A DNA stretch of 64,000 nt from Candidatus Hydrogenedentota bacterium (GCA_034408725.1 JAWXCN010000200.1:20385-84384); one strand, 5' to 3'. Shown: positions 10,901 through 21,317, numbered from the stretch's first letter. Notes: generated by a model from the sequence alone, not told the origin. Translations and numbers: made by a program.

Positions 10901-11300
10901 AACTAACCATTAACTGCTGATGCAGCGCGTTAGGCTTATCCGGTCGTTTTACAGGGCAGGAGACCAGAATCGTATAGTCGTTATCTGGTCCACTCAGGGG
11001 GACAACAGGCTACGCGCAACCTGTTGCGTGCCGCACTTCGTCGACGCTTAGTGACTTCATGCCATGTACCGCCATGATCCAGCCGTTGAGTGCGTGTAAT
11101 GTCTTCGCTGGGATGAGCATTTTGGCCCATCCTTTCCAGCATAGTCATTCATATCTTTTGAAAAAAGTGCCTCGATGCGCCTGGGTTCTGGTGCCTCATC
11201 GAGCGGTGTAAAAGTTACGTTGAAGCCGTGGAGTTTAGGGTTTATGATCGCGGCCACGATGCGAAGGGATCGCCGATGAGCTACATCAAAAAGCCTAATT

Positions 11301-11600
11301 GTGAAACGAGACGATTGGAGAGTGACCGTGTATAACCTTCGGTCAATCGTAGGTGGAGTGATGTTGCTCGCTATAGCAGGCTGCGTAACCAATCAACCGT
11401 CCACAACTCTAGACTTGTCAATGTATACCACCGAGCAATTGCTGATTGAACGCGAGAGGTTAGTGGATCCTGGATTGGTGGCCATTCTCGAAATTGAAAT
11501 AAGAAAGCGCCCGAATGCAGAGTTGTTTGTTATTGAACCAAAGGATTCGGGCGCAGAAGCGAACCGGCGGCAGGTGACGGCATGGAGCTTAAAATTATGA
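11301..11600 (+). CDS. Hypothetical lipoprotein
   Basis: Hydrophobic stretch followed by lipobox IAGC; start uncertain. Confidence 0.45.
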   Translation: MKRDDWRVTVYNLRSIVGGVMLLAIAGCVTNQPSTTLDLSMYTTEQLLIERERLVDPGLVAILEIEIRKRPNAELFVIEPKDSGAEANRRQVTAWSLKL

Positions 11601-11806
11601 TCAAAATGTCGCGTCTGGAAATACTGGATTGTCTTTTTGCGGCATACGCTATGTTTTATTTTATTTTTGAAGTGTCTCGAGTTGTTCTCGGCTTTGCCAT
11701 CTCAATGTTGAGTGTACTATTGGTCATGCCGCTGGTGCTATACATTGTCATTCGCTATCAAGGATTAATAATTGCCTCTATCCATGCTTCTAAGTGGTTT
11801 CGTTAA
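11597..11806 (+). CDS. Small hypothetical membrane protein
   Basis: ATG overlaps the upstream TGA (ATGA) with GGAG upstream; two hydrophobic helices. Confidence 0.35.
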   Translation: MIKMSRLEILDCLFAAYAMFYFIFEVSRVVLGFAISMLSVLLVMPLVLYIVIRYQGLIIASIHASKWFR

Positions 11807-12060
11807 ATGCCTTTGCCGATTCGATTATGGTGAACGTGCGCCGTGCCTGGTCCCATACTTAACCAGCACGACGTAACGATGCTGGCGCACCCGAACCCCG
11901 ACATTGTGCGACTTTGGGTTTATTGAACGGGTCAGCGAGGCCGCGCCAGTGGCCGGCAATGACGTTTTTTGGGTGTTTGACCAGAACGAAACGCTTGTCA
12001 TGCATGGAGCACTATGATCACGGAGCGTGCAGATTGAGTACGTTCGCCGAACATTTAAGA

Positions 12061-12324
12061 ATGTTCATAATCTTTGGATGCGGCGGCTTGACCGCATTGG
12101 CTTTCGCACATTTTCACTGGCGAGCGCTCAACCAATCCACACCGCGAGAACCAAGGTATTTTGGAATTCCAATGTTCGTGGACGAGATTGCGATTAAACC
12201 GGGCTGGCGCTGGTTGGCTATTTTTAGTTGTGTAGTTGGATATGCTCTAGCCGCTCTTTTTCTCGGATGCTTGGTATTGTATACATTGGGGCTGATATTG
12301 TTGGCTGTGTTGCCGGAGGGATAG
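12061..12324 (+). CDS. Small hypothetical membrane protein
   Basis: Part of ORF 11914..12324 starting at MFIIFG; two hydrophobic segments. Confidence 0.35.
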   Translation: MFIIFGCGGLTALAFAHFHWRALNQSTPREPRYFGIPMFVDEIAIKPGWRWLAIFSCVVGYALAALFLGCLVLYTLGLILLAVLPEG

Positions 12325-12533
12325 TCGCTTGCGATTTCCGCAGCGCCCCACACCCCCAGCCTTTCAAGCCAAAGGAAGTGCGCGATCTCTAAGAATAAGC
12401 TACGGGGCGCAACGCTGACACGGCGTGGTATGCATCGAGATTGCCAATGCTTTACCAAGGGCCATCACGTCCTCGCTTAGCTCACGACAACCGGCGCGAT
12501 GGTATATGCTGCCGGTTGTGGTAAAAGTTTTGT

Positions 12534-12698
12534 ATGAATAAGATTAAACTATCAGGCTTTGTGCTCGCCCTATTATTTGGCGCGTTTATGGTTGTATACG
12601 GCGGAATTGACGATAGCCCCGGCGGACAGTTGTTGGGACTACTGGCAGTCATTGCCGGAATTGTAGGGGTAATAAGGGGGATGAAGAAGAGATCGTAG
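12534..12698 (+). CDS. 54-aa two-TM membrane protein with DDSPGGQ loop (not in the ORF track)
   Basis: Manual translation MNKIKLSGFVLALLFGAFMVVYGGIDDSPGGQLLGLLAVIAGIVGVIRGMKKRS*; basic ends and a helical-hairpin topology. Confidence 0.65.
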   Translation: MNKIKLSGFVLALLFGAFMVVYGGIDDSPGGQLLGLLAVIAGIVGVIRGMKKRS

Positions 12699-12713
12699 TT
12701 GAGAGGCTCTATA

Positions 12714-13559
12714 TCATCCATCCTTGCCCGCATTTTCTTGCGAAGGCATAGAATCAAGTAGCATTTCCACGTCGGCCGGCGCGTAGCCGGAGTAGTGGCT
12801 ATTGACGAATCCAAACACTGGTACGTGGACTTTTGATATTTCAGTAATAACCCGTGCCCATTCCTCGATATCGCTGCGTCGATCAACAACGGTCTCGCCC
12901 CATGATTTCGTGATGCGTTCTATCGCGTAGCGGTCACCCAAAAGCCGAATATATGCAAACGGGCCAGTAAGTATGTCCGCGAACCGCATCAGTTCCTTGG
13001 GCCGGTACATGTACGGGTGGTCAATCAGCGCAAGCGTGACATTACTTTCCTTCAAGAGCCGGAAAAGGGGAGGCCCCAGCCACGTTTTGTTGCGCACTTC
13101 CACCGCGAATTGAAAACCAGATGCCGGAAGGCAGGCGAGAAACGGACCAAGCCTGTCCATGAACATTTGCGCGGAAACGTTTTTGGCCTTGGCAAAATAG
13201 GGGAACTGAAAGAGGATGGGTCCGAGGTGGTCGCCCAGATGCTGCATCGCCGCGAGAAACTCGTTGATGTCCTTTTCGCAGTCAATAAGAAACTTCGCAT
13301 GGGTAATAGTTTGCGGGGCCTTGGCGGCAAACAGGAAACCTTCCGATGCGCGATCGCGCCAGCCCTGTATCGTTTCGATCCGGGGGATGCCGTAGAAGGT
13401 CGAGTCGATCTCGACGGCGTTAAACCGTTTGGCGTATTCGCGTATGAATTCAGTGGGTTCTTTCGTGGTGTAGACCTTGCCGATCCACTCGCGATAGCTC
13501 CAACTGCATGTGCCCAGGCGAATCGGGGCCACCACCTTAGAATCCATCATAAACATCAC
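12714..13559 (-). CDS. DUF72 (YecE-like) domain protein
   Basis: IRLGTCSWSY, VEIDSTFYG, FAAKAPQTITH, LGPILFQFP, AVEVRN and NSHYSGYA motifs. Confidence 0.9.
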   Translation of the reverse strand: MMFMMDSKVVAPIRLGTCSWSYREWIGKVYTTKEPTEFIREYAKRFNAVEIDSTFYGIPRIETIQGWRDRASEGFLFAAKAPQTITHAKFLIDCEKDINEFLAAMQHLGDHLGPILFQFPYFAKAKNVSAQMFMDRLGPFLACLPASGFQFAVEVRNKTWLGPPLFRLLKESNVTLALIDHPYMYRPKELMRFADILTGPFAYIRLLGDRYAIERITKSWGETVVDRRSDIEEWARVITEISKVHVPVFGFVNSHYSGYAPADVEMLLDSMPSQENAGKDG

Positions 13560-13753
13560 CTAATTACGCAATTAAGATCCGGCTGTTCCACGCGCTGCAT
13601 TGTTCGATACAATCGCGTTTGCCTTCAACGAGTCACTTAATTCGTCACCAACCACAACGGTTTCTATCGGGTTACAGCGGAGAAAAACCCTCAATCCTTC
13701 CAATCCCGCCAACCAACGATCTGCACAAAACCGCTGATATTATTGGCTAAAAG

Positions 13754-13825
13754 TGCCCCGAGCCAGAATCGAACTGGCGTCTAATCCTTAGGAGGGACTT
13801 GTTCTATCCACTGAACTATCGGGGC
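13754..13825 (-). tRNA. tRNA-Arg (CCT)
   Basis: Reverse complement GCCCCGATAGTTCAGTGGATAGAACAAGTCCCTCCTAAGGATTAGACGCCAGTTCGATTCTGGCTCGGGGCA; cloverleaf, anticodon loop CTCCTAA, T-loop TTCGATT; CCA not encoded. Confidence 0.93.
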
Positions 13826-13994
13826 AAGGAAATACGATGAGGACTTTGTGCCCATGCCATTGGCGCGGATAGAAAGATTATGTGAATTCGTTGATTTGTT
13901 CAACCTGGCTGGCGCGTGGCGATATTGGCGGTTCTCGCGCGCGACGCGTTACACTGTTTCTTCTCCAAGCGTAAATGAATTGCGAGGGTAGACC

Positions 13995-15311
13995 ATGCTT
14001 AACAAATCAACCAGCCGCCGCCAATTTTTGAAGCGGACGGCGGTCACCGCGCCGCTGATCCTGTCTGCAAAAACATGGGCTTCGCCTCCGAGCGAGCGCC
14101 TCACAATTGGAGTCGTCGGCATTGGCAAGATGGGCGGCAACCACTGCGACTACCTTCAGGGGCGGGATGATGTGCAGATTGTGGCGTTGTGCGATGTCGA
14201 ATCGAGGCGATTCGAGGTTGGCCGATATCTCATCGACGAGGCTTATGCATCACGTATCGGCAAAGGCAAATATGCATCGGTCGAGAAATACGGAGATTTC
14301 CGCGCAATTGCCGAGCGCAATGACATCGATGCAGTGCTCATCGCCGTGCCTGACCATTGGCACTTGCTTGTCTCTCTCGCGATGGTGCGCTCGGGCAAGG
14401 ATGTTTACTGCGAGAAGCCCCTCACGCTTACGATTGGAGAAGGCCGGATTCTGGTGAATGAAGTCCGTAAGCGGGCGCGCGTGTTTCAAACGGGTAGCCA
14501 ACAGCGATCCGAGGGTGGATTCCGGATCGCGTGCGAGTTGGTGCGCAATGGAAAGATCGGAGAAGTAAAAGAGATACACGTCAGCGTGGGTGGTCCGTCG
14601 GAGGAATGTTATCTTCCGCCCATGCCTGCGCCGGAAGGGTTGGATTGGGATTTCTGGCTTGGTCCCGCGCCCTATCGTCCGTATAACAGCGAGTTCGCAC
14701 CTTCGTTACAGCCGGGGCCAATTGGATCTTGGGAGGATTTTAACCGGCTGATCGGTGGCTATCCCAATTTTCGTGGCTACAAGGATTACTCCGGCGGCGG
14801 CATGACGGACTGGGGCGCGCACCATTTTGATATCGCGCAATGGGGCCTGGGAATGGACGAATCGGGCCCGGTCGAAATTGCGCCGCCCAACGGCAGCGAC
14901 GTGCCGCATCTGACGTACCGGTACGCCAATGGTGTCATCATGCAACGCCGCGACGCGGGTAAAGCAGGGGTACTGTTCATCGGGACCGAGGGCAAGATCA
15001 TGGTCAATCGCGGGTATCTCGACGCGGAACCCGCCGGCCTTCTCCGCGAACAACTTCGCCCGGGCGATATTCGCCTTCATAATAGCCGCGGCCATCACGA
15101 AGACTGGTTTGACGCCATACGCACGCGCAGCAAACCGATCTGCGACGTCGAAATCGGACATCGATCCTGCACCGTATGCCACGTAGGCAATATCGCCTCC
15201 TGGCTCAACCGGCCCGTGAAATGGGACCCGCAAAGCGAATGTTTCATCAATGACGACGAAGCCAACCGGTTGATCAACCGTCCCATGCGCGCGCCGTGGA
15301 CGCTGGCGTAG
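13995..15311 (+). CDS. Tat-exported Gfo/Idh/MocA oxidoreductase
   Basis: SRRQFLK Tat motif; GVVGIGKMG, PDHWH, DVYCEKPLT, QTGSQQRS and DWGAHHFD motifs. Confidence 0.92.
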   Translation: MLNKSTSRRQFLKRTAVTAPLILSAKTWASPPSERLTIGVVGIGKMGGNHCDYLQGRDDVQIVALCDVESRRFEVGRYLIDEAYASRIGKGKYASVEKYGDFRAIAERNDIDAVLIAVPDHWHLLVSLAMVRSGKDVYCEKPLTLTIGEGRILVNEVRKRARVFQTGSQQRSEGGFRIACELVRNGKIGEVKEIHVSVGGPSEECYLPPMPAPEGLDWDFWLGPAPYRPYNSEFAPSLQPGPIGSWEDFNRLIGGYPNFRGYKDYSGGGMTDWGAHHFDIAQWGLGMDESGPVEIAPPNGSDVPHLTYRYANGVIMQRRDAGKAGVLFIGTEGKIMVNRGYLDAEPAGLLREQLRPGDIRLHNSRGHHEDWFDAIRTRSKPICDVEIGHRSCTVCHVGNIASWLNRPVKWDPQSECFINDDEANRLINRPMRAPWTLA

Positions 15312-15340
15312 AGACACAATTCCCAGCCCTGCCCCTCGCG

Positions 15341-15522
15341 CTAGTGTCCTGAGTTTGAGATTCGTTCGATATGAAGTTTGGAAATCAGACCGTACATCCC
15401 CCTAAATCCCTCTTCAAAGGGGGACTTTGAAGATCAGATTATGAAATGCGCTTCAAAGGGGGACTTTGAAGATCCGATTATGCGTGTGGCTTTTGCCAAG
15501 GAATTGCGATTCATTACACTAG
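15341..15522. mobile_element. MITE copy 1 (CTAG ends, two internal hairpin modules)
   Basis: CTAGTGTCCTGAGTTTGAGATTCG...TTGCGATTCATTACACTAG; near-identical to 19702-19844 and 51753-51933. Confidence 0.85.
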
Positions 15523-15556
15523 TTGCGCGCTGTGCATTGCGCCTTGGATGTTAGAC

Positions 15557-18500
15557 ATGAAATCGACTTACATACCGCTTTGGTGCAAGAGCGCGTATTC
15601 GTTCCTGGAAGGTGCGAGTCATCCCGATGAGTTGATCGAGGAGGCGCACCGATTCGGGATTCGCTCGATTGCGTTGACGGATCGGGACGGCGTGTACGGC
15701 CTTGTGCGGGCGCACAAGCGCGCGCTTGAGCTTGGGGTGCATCTGATTGCGGGATCGGAGATCACGCTCTTCGACGATTCTTCGCTGGTGTTGCTTGCGG
15801 CGGACCGGGGGGGGTACGCGAACCTTTGCCGGCTGATCTCTAAGGGGCGATTGCGTTCACCGAAGGGGATGAGCCAGGTCAGTGTTGAAGAAGTCTGCGA
15901 ACATGCGCAGGGGCTGGTCGCGGTGTGGGGCGGGGAACGCTGCGCGTTGGCCCGCGAAGCGGATCCTGCGTTCATGGCGGGGGCGTTACGCGATGCGTTT
16001 GGCGAACGAATGTATGCGCTGCTTACGCGGCACCGTCAGACCGGCGACGCGCGGATGGAACAGCGCGTGCGCGAGCGCGCGCAACGTCACGGGATCGATC
16101 TCGTGGCGGGAATGGAAGTGCTGTACCACACGCCGGCGCGGCGATCGTTGCAGGACGTACTGACGTGCATTCGCCATGGTGTAACGCTTTCCACCGCCGG
16201 TCGGATGATCCGGCCGAATGCGGAACATGCGCTGCGTCCTCCCCACGGTTTTGGAATGCTGTACGAAGATGATCCAGGTGCGGTAATGCGCACGGAGGAA
16301 GTGGCGGAGCGCTGCACGTTTTCGCTCGCGGAAATCCGGTATCGGTATCCGATGGAACGGTTGCCGGACGGGAGGACCTGCGGGGAATGGTTTCGCACGC
16401 TGACGATGGACGGCGCGCGCGAACGGTATGCGGGTGATATCCCGGAGGACGTGCGAAGACAGATCGACAAAGAACTCGCGCTGATTCACGACCTCGAGTA
16501 CGAGGGCTATTTTCTGACGATGCACGAGATCGTACGGTATTGCCGGCATCACGATATTTTGTGTCAGGGACGGGGATCGGCGGCGAATTCGGTGGTGTGC
16601 TATTGCCTTGGGATCACCGCGGTGGATCCAGTGCGAATGGGGTTGTTGTTCGAGCGGTTTTTGTCGCGCGAGCGCGCGGAACCGCCGGACATTGATCTTG
16701 ATATTGAACACGACCGGCGCGAAGAGGTCATCCAACATGTTTATACAAAATATGGGCGCACGCACGCGGCAATGGTCGCGAATTTTATCCGGTATCGCGC
16801 GCGGTCGGCGGTGCGCGACGTTGCGAAGGTGTTGGGCATTCCTGAGACCGCCATTGAACGGATTGCGCGGGTGCTGTCGCACCACGAATTTCCTTCGGCG
16901 GACATGCTTGCGGATTCCGGTGTTCCCGCTGACAGCCCTGCATTGCAGAACCTGCTTCGGTTGATGCGGGAGATAGAAGACATTCCGCGGCATTTATCCA
17001 TCCATCCGGGAGGATTTTTGCTCGGACATGAACCGGTTCACGATCTCGTGCCGATTGAGAATGCGACGATGCCGGACCGCACGGTGATTCAGTGGGACAA
17101 GGAAGACGTGGAAGAGCTGGGATTGTTCAAGGTGGACCTTCTCGGGCTCGGCGCGTTGAACGTGGTTCATCGTTCGTTTGATTTGATTGAGAAGCATTGC
17201 GAGAAGCCGTTCACGCTTGCGACGGTGCCCGCGGAAGATCCCGCGACATACGAAATGATTCGGGAAGGCGATACGGTCGGTGTGTTTCAAATTGAGAGCC
17301 GGGCGCAGATGGCGATGCTGCCGCGATTGAGACCGGCGAATTATTATGATCTCGTGATCGAGGTCAGCATCGTGCGGCCTGGGCCGATCACCGGCGGGAT
17401 GGTTCATCCGTATCTGCGACGGCGAAATGGTGAAGAGGAGGTTACGTATCCGCATCCCTGCCTCGAACCCATCCTGAAAAAAACGCTGGGGATTCCGTTG
17501 TTTCAGGAGCAGGTGATGCAGCTTGCGATTGTCGCGGCGGATTACACACCAGGCGAGGCAGATCAGCTTCGGCGGGACATGGCGGCGTGGCGCAAATCGG
17601 GGCGGATCGAGCGGCATCGCGAACGGCTGATTGCGCGCATGGCGAAGAAAGGCATTCAAAAAGAATTCGCTGAACGCGTGTTCGAACAGATTCGCGGGTT
17701 TGGCGAATATGGATTTCCGGAGAGTCATGCGGCGAGTTTTGCGTTGATCGCGTACGCGACGGCTTGGTTGAAGCGGCATTATCCCGCGGCGTTTTTATGC
17801 GGCCTTCTGAACGCGCAACCGATGGGGTTCTATAGCGCGGCCACGCTGGTGGAAGACAGCAAACGCCACGGCGTCGGTATTCGCGCGGTGGACATGCAGC
17901 GTAGCGCGTGGGATTGCACGCTAGAAGCGGATGCGGGCAGCGGCGAAGGTTTCGCCGTTCGGATGGGATTGCGGTATGTGAAAGGCTTGCACGAGGCCTG
18001 CGCGCAACGCATCGCCGCCGCGCGGGAGGCGGGGGCGTTTCAGTCGTTGGACGATCTTGCGGCGCGGGCACGGATCGAAACGGCCGTGATGGTGCGGTTG
18101 GCGGAGAGTGGCGCGCTGGAATCGTTTCAAGAGGAACGGCGCGGCGCGTTGTGGGAAGCCTTGGGTATTGCGCATGGTCCGCGCGGCGGTTTGAGCCTCG
18201 ATCGCCCCGAGGCCGCGGCGGAATTTTCCGCGCTGCCCGCGCTGGACACCATCGAATGGGATTACGCGTTCACGTCGCATAGCCCGCGTGGTCATCCACT
18301 CGCGCCATTGCGCGAAGAACTATCGAGGCGCAAGTTGCCGGATGCGGCGGCGGTGCGGGGCATGCCCAACGGCTCGCGTGTGCGGTACGCGGGTTTGGTG
18401 ACCTGCCGGCAACGGCCGGGGACCGCGAAAGGCGTCGTGTTCATGACACTCGAGGACGAGACCGGGTTTGTAAATATCGTCGTTTGGGAGAAGGTGTACC

Positions 18501-18655
18501 GGCAGTTCGAGTTAATTGCGAAGACCGCGTCATTCCTCGGTGTTACGGGCAAACTGCAGGCACAATCCGGCGTGACGCACCTTGTCGCGGAGAAACTGTG
18601 GAAGCCCGAACTGGACAATGCGCCGTGCGAAACCCGGAGCCGGGATTTTCACTGA
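15557..18655 (+). CDS. dnaE2: Error-prone DNA polymerase DnaE2 (ImuC)
   Basis: YSFLEGASHP PHP domain, GRGSAANS, PPDIDLD, YGFPESHA and the diagnostic C-terminal SRDFH. Confidence 0.95.
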   Translation: MKSTYIPLWCKSAYSFLEGASHPDELIEEAHRFGIRSIALTDRDGVYGLVRAHKRALELGVHLIAGSEITLFDDSSLVLLAADRGGYANLCRLISKGRLRSPKGMSQVSVEEVCEHAQGLVAVWGGERCALAREADPAFMAGALRDAFGERMYALLTRHRQTGDARMEQRVRERAQRHGIDLVAGMEVLYHTPARRSLQDVLTCIRHGVTLSTAGRMIRPNAEHALRPPHGFGMLYEDDPGAVMRTEEVAERCTFSLAEIRYRYPMERLPDGRTCGEWFRTLTMDGARERYAGDIPEDVRRQIDKELALIHDLEYEGYFLTMHEIVRYCRHHDILCQGRGSAANSVVCYCLGITAVDPVRMGLLFERFLSRERAEPPDIDLDIEHDRREEVIQHVYTKYGRTHAAMVANFIRYRARSAVRDVAKVLGIPETAIERIARVLSHHEFPSADMLADSGVPADSPALQNLLRLMREIEDIPRHLSIHPGGFLLGHEPVHDLVPIENATMPDRTVIQWDKEDVEELGLFKVDLLGLGALNVVHRSFDLIEKHCEKPFTLATVPAEDPATYEMIREGDTVGVFQIESRAQMAMLPRLRPANYYDLVIEVSIVRPGPITGGMVHPYLRRRNGEEEVTYPHPCLEPILKKTLGIPLFQEQVMQLAIVAADYTPGEADQLRRDMAAWRKSGRIERHRERLIARMAKKGIQKEFAERVFEQIRGFGEYGFPESHAASFALIAYATAWLKRHYPAAFLCGLLNAQPMGFYSAATLVEDSKRHGVGIRAVDMQRSAWDCTLEADAGSGEGFAVRMGLRYVKGLHEACAQRIAAAREAGAFQSLDDLAARARIETAVMVRLAESGALESFQEERRGALWEALGIAHGPRGGLSLDRPEAAAEFSALPALDTIEWDYAFTSHSPRGHPLAPLREELSRRKLPDAAAVRGMPNGSRVRYAGLVTCRQRPGTAKGVVFMTLEDETGFVNIVVWEKVYRQFELIAKTASFLGVTGKLQAQSGVTHLVAEKLWKPELDNAPCETRSRDFH

Positions 18656-19344
18656 GCGTTCGGGGTCTCGAGCCGGACCGGATCGCTTTTCCACACCACA
18701 TACGAGTATACGATGGTGATGAGCGTTGCCGCGAGCAGGGACACGAGCATCGCGCCGATTGCAAGGGGTCCATTCGCAATCAAGGCGAGCAGAATAGTTA
18801 GCAGGCCTACGGCGAAAAACAGTTTGCCCGCAAGCCGGTGGGTCTTGTTCCAGGACAATTCGCTGGACAAGGTCCAGGGCGTGCGCACGCCCATGAAAAA
18901 GTTGCTGCGGACCTTGCCCAGAAAATTTCCCAGCAGCAGAAACAAGAGGCCCACGCTCGTTGCTACGATCCGGTCCATCGGCAGCGGATACCCAAGGCTT
19001 ACCAACACCGCCGAAGTATGGATGACTGCCATGACGAACAGAATACTCGCCGACACGGCCACCAAAAACTTTTGGGATTGTTCGACGTGATGTCGCCGTG
19101 GGTCGATGCGGACGAGTAGCGCGATACCTGGGACAATCGCGGCGAGCAGGAGCGGCAAGAAGAAAAGGCCGAATGACTTCGAGCTGTAGTCATCGACTTC
19201 ACCCCGTGCGTTCCAATGTGTTGGAATTTGGGCGTCAACCGGCAGTACCGACCATGCATACACCGAAATGAGCAACATCGGGACCAAAAAAACAGCCGTC
19301 ATCAAGAGTATGGGCCTCAGACTAAGTCTGGGTGGTGCTGTCAT
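18649..19344 (-). CDS. sdpI: SdpI family immunity membrane protein (DUF1648 + SdpI)
   Basis: IPTHWNARGEVD and GNFLGKVRSNFFMGVRTPWTLSSELSWNKTHRLAG motifs. Confidence 0.88.
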   Translation of the reverse strand: MTAPPRLSLRPILLMTAVFLVPMLLISVYAWSVLPVDAQIPTHWNARGEVDDYSSKSFGLFFLPLLLAAIVPGIALLVRIDPRRHHVEQSQKFLVAVSASILFVMAVIHTSAVLVSLGYPLPMDRIVATSVGLLFLLLGNFLGKVRSNFFMGVRTPWTLSSELSWNKTHRLAGKLFFAVGLLTILLALIANGPLAIGAMLVSLLAATLITIVYSYVVWKSDPVRLETPNAQ

Positions 19345-19618
19345 TGCCGTTCTCCTTCGCATCAAACCCCATTGCGTTCATTAAGCCCAGAAGCGCCTCT
19401 TCCAGGACAGACACATTTAAACTGTAGGTTATCGACGTGCCGTTTTTATCGCCGTGAATCAGGTCTGCCTCGCGCAACACCGCGAAATGTCGCGACAGGG
19501 TTGGCTTTGCCAGTTGGAAATGCTCGGCGATTTCGCCTGCGGTCATGTTGCGGGCGCGGAGCAGGTGCAGAATTTTTCTGCGACCCGGGTCTGCGAGGGC
19601 TTTGAAAACGAGATTCAT
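19322..19618 (-). CDS. sdpR: SdpR-type ArsR autorepressor
   Basis: VFKALADPGRRKIL...MTAGEIAEHF...TLSRHFAVLREADLI...GTSITYSLNVSVLEE; lies upstream of sdpI. Confidence 0.88.
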   Translation of the reverse strand: MNLVFKALADPGRRKILHLLRARNMTAGEIAEHFQLAKPTLSRHFAVLREADLIHGDKNGTSITYSLNVSVLEEALLGLMNAMGFDAKENGNDSTTQT

Positions 19619-19637
19619 GGCATTGCTTTGTTTCTTT

Positions 19638-19683
19638 ATTTAGCTAACAAACTAATTATAATTGAAAAATTGCGGCGTGTCAA
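19638..19683 (-). promoter_or_regulatory. Consensus sigma70 promoter of sdpRI with overlapping palindromic operator
   Basis: Minus strand TTGACA (19683-19678), 17 bp, TATAAT (19660-19655); ATTTAG-N8-CTAATT dyad at 19638-19657. Confidence 0.8.
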
Positions 19684-19701
19684 GACGTTTATGGACGATG
19701 G

Positions 19702-19844
19702 CTAGTGTCCTGAGTTTGAGATTCGTTCGATATGAAGTTTGGAAATCAGACCGTACATCCCCCTAAATCCCCCTTCAAAGGGGGACTTTGAAGATCCGAT
19801 TATGTGGGTGATTTTTGCCGGGGAATTGCAATTCATGACATTAG
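19702..19844. mobile_element. MITE copy 2 (short form, one internal module)
   Basis: CTAGTGTCCTGAGTTTGAGATTCG...TTGCAATTCATGACATTAG. Confidence 0.85.
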
Positions 19845-19928
19845 TACGTCACGGGAAATGACTATGGACGGTGGCCCCGGCGAGACGCCAAGAGAAGCGC
19901 CGCCAGCGAGGAGTGCTCCGGGCGTTGT

Positions 19929-20010
19929 CCAAAATCCGCGCGGAGCGCCCTGGAGTGCGGCAGCGGGTAGCTGCCGCTTTCCATTTCCTGGGCAAAGTCG
20001 CTTCGCAATT
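19929..20010. repeat. 82-bp inverted repeat, left arm (REP-containing)
   Basis: 79/82 identical to the reverse complement of 21318-21399. Confidence 0.9.
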
Positions 20011-20146
20011 AAAAGCGATCACCCCGGCTTCGATTCAAGTGAGCCTGAAGCCTACGAATTTATTTGGGCATTCGGCTATCCGAAGTGAAAGCGGCGATGA
20101 CACGCCGCAGTCCAAGGCGCTGTGCGCGAGTTAGGGCAGTTTGGGA

Positions 20147-21247
20147 TTATGCCCGGCGGCGGCGGATAACGGTGATGGCGATAGCCGCGACGGCGCCAGC
20201 GGCGGCGGCTACACCTGCGAGGGCGAATCCTCTGCTTCCGGGGATGCTGGTGGCAGCGGAACCGGACGCCACTGCACTGGATGGTTTCTGGCCGTGTGTA
20301 CCGGCAGGTAACGAACCAACCAACATTGCATCTGCGCGGGCGAGTTCGGCCTGGCGTTCGGCGGTGTCGCGCGCGCGCAGCTCGCGGACACGGCTGCGGC
20401 TTTTGCGATCCGGATCGGCCTGCCGGTTTTTCTTCAGGGACGAAAGCGAAAAGTCTGTGGGGATGGCGGTGTCGGCAAGTTCAGAATCAAAGCCACCGGT
20501 TTTCTCGATGGAACGCGCGAAACGCTGCACCAGATCGCCGTGCAATAGCATCAGTTCCTGGTGTTTCTCCATGTATTTTTTTAAGGCTTTCATGCGCGCC
20601 TGGGGCGTGTCATGTCCTTCGAGTACATTGGCGAGTGTGCTGGCGACCGCATTGGCCTCGTAGGCCGCGATACTTGCCTGCTGTGACTCGGACAGGGGCG
20701 CGCCGGAGGGTACGTAGTTCAGGACTTGATCAAAGTGCTGCTGCGCCGCAATCGGGTCGCCTTGTTGTTCCGCAAGTTTTCCGAGCGCGTAGCGGCTTTG
20801 CACTACCATGGCGTCTTCGCCCGGGTAGTCGACGATGATGCTCTCATACATTCCGCGCGCGGCGCCGGGATCGAGTTCCGATGCGCGGTCGGCGGCATGA
20901 TGCCGCACGGTCATCATATACGGATGTTCCGGGTCATAGGTTTCGATAATGCGCTGATACGTTTCGTACGCGGCCTGAAGATTGGGGGGTTCGCCCCGGT
21001 CGACAAAATCCGACTCGTAGAGCATCGCGATCTGTGTGTCCAACTGAATATTGTTTGGAAAACCGGGATGCGCATCGATCAGCGCGCGGTACCGGTCGAT
21101 CAATACATCGCGTCCATACTCGCGAGCGAGGTCAGCGCCGTCGCGCTGCAACGCCTCGATTTGCGCGGCATACGCCTCATAGGGAGTTTCCTGCGCGGAC
21201 ACGCAGGCGCACGCAAAGACTGCGGCAATGATGATCGATGGTTTCAT
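20147..21247 (-). CDS. Secreted TPR-like helical protein with C-terminal membrane anchor
   Basis: MKPSIIIAAVFACACVSA signal; TPR-like YALGKLAEQQGD; C-terminal hydrophobic helix followed by RRRRA. Confidence 0.7.
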   Translation of the reverse strand: MKPSIIIAAVFACACVSAQETPYEAYAAQIEALQRDGADLAREYGRDVLIDRYRALIDAHPGFPNNIQLDTQIAMLYESDFVDRGEPPNLQAAYETYQRIIETYDPEHPYMMTVRHHAADRASELDPGAARGMYESIIVDYPGEDAMVVQSRYALGKLAEQQGDPIAAQQHFDQVLNYVPSGAPLSESQQASIAAYEANAVASTLANVLEGHDTPQARMKALKKYMEKHQELMLLHGDLVQRFARSIEKTGGFDSELADTAIPTDFSLSSLKKNRQADPDRKSRSRVRELRARDTAERQAELARADAMLVGSLPAGTHGQKPSSAVASGSAATSIPGSRGFALAGVAAAAGAVAAIAITVIRRRRA

Positions 21248-21317
21248 AGTCCCTATTCTACCATTGACCGCCCCCGGCATTTCGCGGCGACCGTGACACG
21301 CCAGGCTCAACGTGCTC

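Noticed and set aside
10901-10935. attC-like CTAAC...GTTAGGC right after a stop codon (integron cassette?)
   Set aside because: Too short for an attC site, no further convincing attC sites and no integrase
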